Shown here: positions 61,401 through 64,000 of the stretch, in pieces
Position numbering within the stretch: position 1 is the stretch's first letter
Layout: every line of letters begins with the position of its first letter
Assembly (NCBI GenBank): GCA_977016875.1
Contig: CDRNST010000083.1
Coordinates: forward strand, 930,001 to 994,000
Reading direction: 5' to 3'
From: Pavona decussata
Taxonomy: Eukaryota
Length of the DNA stretch: 64,000 nucleotides
The notes under the pieces: generated by a model
The model's database searches: none
Seen by the model: only the letters and a program-made list of their open reading frames with translations
What the model was told of the DNA's origin: nothing
Made by a program: the position numbers and the translations under genes

Positions 61401-64000
61401 TGACAAAATAAATTATGTACCCATGTATTAAAAAAAAAAAACTGCCAAAGCTGTCTGATAATGTACCCAAACTAAAATTATTTTAAAGCCTATATTATTA
61501 TTATTTTTTAATCCTATCCGTCTCTGATGAGAAATATAATTGAATGGGGGAACATAGCCTTTGAAACTAATTGGATTATTTCCTTTGTATTCTGGGTTCT
61601 GTGCTTAATTAACTACCAATTAAAATGGGTGCGTCAACAGTAAAATAAGAATTGTAAGACTGTTTGACGAAGAAAGACAGTTTGAATTTCACTTGTAAAC
61701 CAAAATAGTCGATGTAAGCTATTTTATTTCCTACAAAAGTGCGACAACTGTCTGAGTGCATGGAATTAAATATGACCATGACGTCTTAGCAAATTTTTCT
61801 CGCGTTTCAAATTTTCTGTCTTCCCTTTCGGAGCGCCGGTATTCTTAGCTTACAGGTCAAAATCTGGTTCACGCGATAATTTAGCATGTTCTGAATGAAA
61901 CCTTACAAATTACGTTGCGAGCGAACAAAAATAAATCAACAAATAATTAGCAAAAAATGACATTGTACTAATTCTGAAATTGTATATTCCGAAAAGCTTT
62001 TTCAAAGAATCCGCGCAATGACATAAAGCGGCACTGAATACCATTTTGATAAGCACTGATTCGCGAATCCTATTTTTTTCTTTTTTTCGCGATTTCTGAG
62101 AAAATAACGCCCCTTACATTTCTGCAGAAAAATTACATTTATATTTTCGGGTTTTTTCCTTAAGTTCAACAAAAAATCAACTCTTCTATTCCTCACAATC
62201 TAATACATCTCCACGTTTGTGTGTTATTGTACCACCCCGGAACAAGGACATTTGTCAAATCTGTACTTCAAGATGGAAAGGGTTTTCTAGAATTCTGCAA
62301 CTTGTCAATTGTATAGTGTTTCTTTTATATTTTGCACTGTTACAGGTCGGCGATTCTTCGACTTTCAGATTTTGCTGTAAATTGACAATTGAATCACAAT
62401 GTTGTTTGTTGATAATTTTACTGGTGGCGCTAAATTTCCTTTAACCGCTACTCAGAGAGTATTTTGTCTTTAAATTACCGGTTTGAAAGTGAGACCCAAT
62501 TACTAAGGATCTGAAACAAATTAGTTCACCCACATAAAAACACGCCGGACGAAACAAACAATCGTAATGTTGGTTACATTTCTAATTCTCTAATGACGCG
62601 ATGGTAAATATTGGAAAAGACTTTTGGACGGCTGTGGGAAAGAAAGCTCTTCGGAAAATAGACTTATCTAGTAAATACATTGGAAACTTTACTCTGGATG
62701 AAACAAAGACCATTTTGTGCCGCCAAATAGACATTTTTTTCTAGAAACAACAGCTACTCACTGAGTAGAACTGAAATATTAAACGATGAACTTTAACTGC
62801 ATCTGCATGTTCACTTGATGACCCGACATCAGGTCTAATTATAGAAACAAAGGAGGATAAAAGAGAGCAGGAAAGCGTTCACCTTTAAAAATTCATCCTC
62901 TTGTATAAAATACATTAGAAAAGATAAAAATCGCAAGCTTTTGATCTTTCTGAAATCCGTGATTCCAGAAGTCGAATTGTTAAATAAACACTAGTGTTCG
63001 GTGTCAGGGCGAAGCCCGACAACAGATGTGGAAACAGCAAAACGCAAAGCAAAACACACTGGAAGAAGGGAAATTTTTCATCCAATCTGTCGGTCGTCTC
63101 CTGAGAGATAAGTATTATTTCAGTTGTATCCAGTGTTCACGTTGTAATAAACTGAGTTATAGATACAGTGGACAAATATTGTCACAGATGATGAGCGGCA
63201 TCGCAAACGCCACTGAAGAGATAATAGAAAGCTATGGTGGACAATGAGATTAAGGTTTGCGATTTATCGCCATGCAGTAGCGTATATAACGCATTCATAT
63301 GACAAATGAAAACTTTTAGCATCAAATATCCTACGACTGACGCCTCTGAATGCAAAGGCTCATACAAATGAACGCAAAATACCAGTTGAAAGCAGTTCTG
63401 AGTTTCCTCAGAAATGTGAGCCTGAGCTTACAATGGCACGTCAAACACAGCATAATACACATCTTACCTGACCAAGTACCTCTCATCCACGAACACAAAA
63501 GAAATCCCCAAAATAAGAATGAATTCTTCCCCATTACTCAGAGTTACGGTTTAAAACTGTGCCTTTGAACGGCGGCAATTATTTTCAAGTTGTACAATTC
63601 CAAGACATGCGCCTCACACAAAGACGCATACAAGACAGCTATTGTATTTCAATCTCCTAATCGTTATTTTATTTCTCGATTTGATTGACATTCGCGTGGA
63701 AGTGACATAGGCTCAAATGCAAACATCATATCGAATATCATAATCCCCCAAATCGGCCGAAATCCACAAACCAACAATATTTTTGTTCTTCAAGAGGTTT
63801 ATGTCTGCCACTGAAACCTGCTAAAGCGTTTAACAAGTCCAGAGCTTGCTTTTAACTTGGAAAGCGCTCCGAAAAATACCTGAGATAGCGGGCACTGAAA
63901 ACCAGACGGTCTGCACATGCGTTTAGTGATAGGTCAAATCATCAATCACCCGAGGGAAATTTATGAATTTTAAAATACACAACGAAAGATACAAGTGGCA

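Noticed and set aside
58000-64000. Short ORFs and protein-like fragments upstream of the aGPCR (for example 58500-58785 minus, 62601-62800 plus)
   Set aside because: Multiple stops, no recognisable motif and no consistent exon chain; they may be decayed elements but I cannot support a call

Overview
AT-rich, intron-containing animal genomic DNA. The gene architectures and repeat families suggest an anthozoan or stony coral (inference). From left to right the window holds: (1) the 5' part of EFCAB7 (minus strand, 4 coding exons, continuing off the left edge), whose 5.5 kb first intron is packed with stacked and nested DNA transposons and carries a sense-strand minimal hammerhead ribozyme; (2) a decayed HIRAN-like gene fragment; (3) a two-exon Kruppel-like factor (KLF) gene; (4) a long minus-strand reading frame broken by one stop codon; (5) a head-to-head pair of signal-peptide-bearing M14B (CPD/CPE-type) metallocarboxypeptidases, the second of which splices in phase, through one exon with a single in-frame TAG, into an exon encoding a CYLD-type CAP-Gly domain; (6) a Penelope-like retroelement remnant ending in a degenerate hammerhead; (7) a 21-exon adhesion GPCR on the minus strand (2x discoidin, Ig, 2x FN3, GAIN/GPS, 7TM, long Ser-rich tail) with an assembly gap in the TM4 exon. 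Many MITEs and microsatellites are interspersed. Exon coordinates were derived by hand from GT-AG sites and phase compatibility. No database searches were run.
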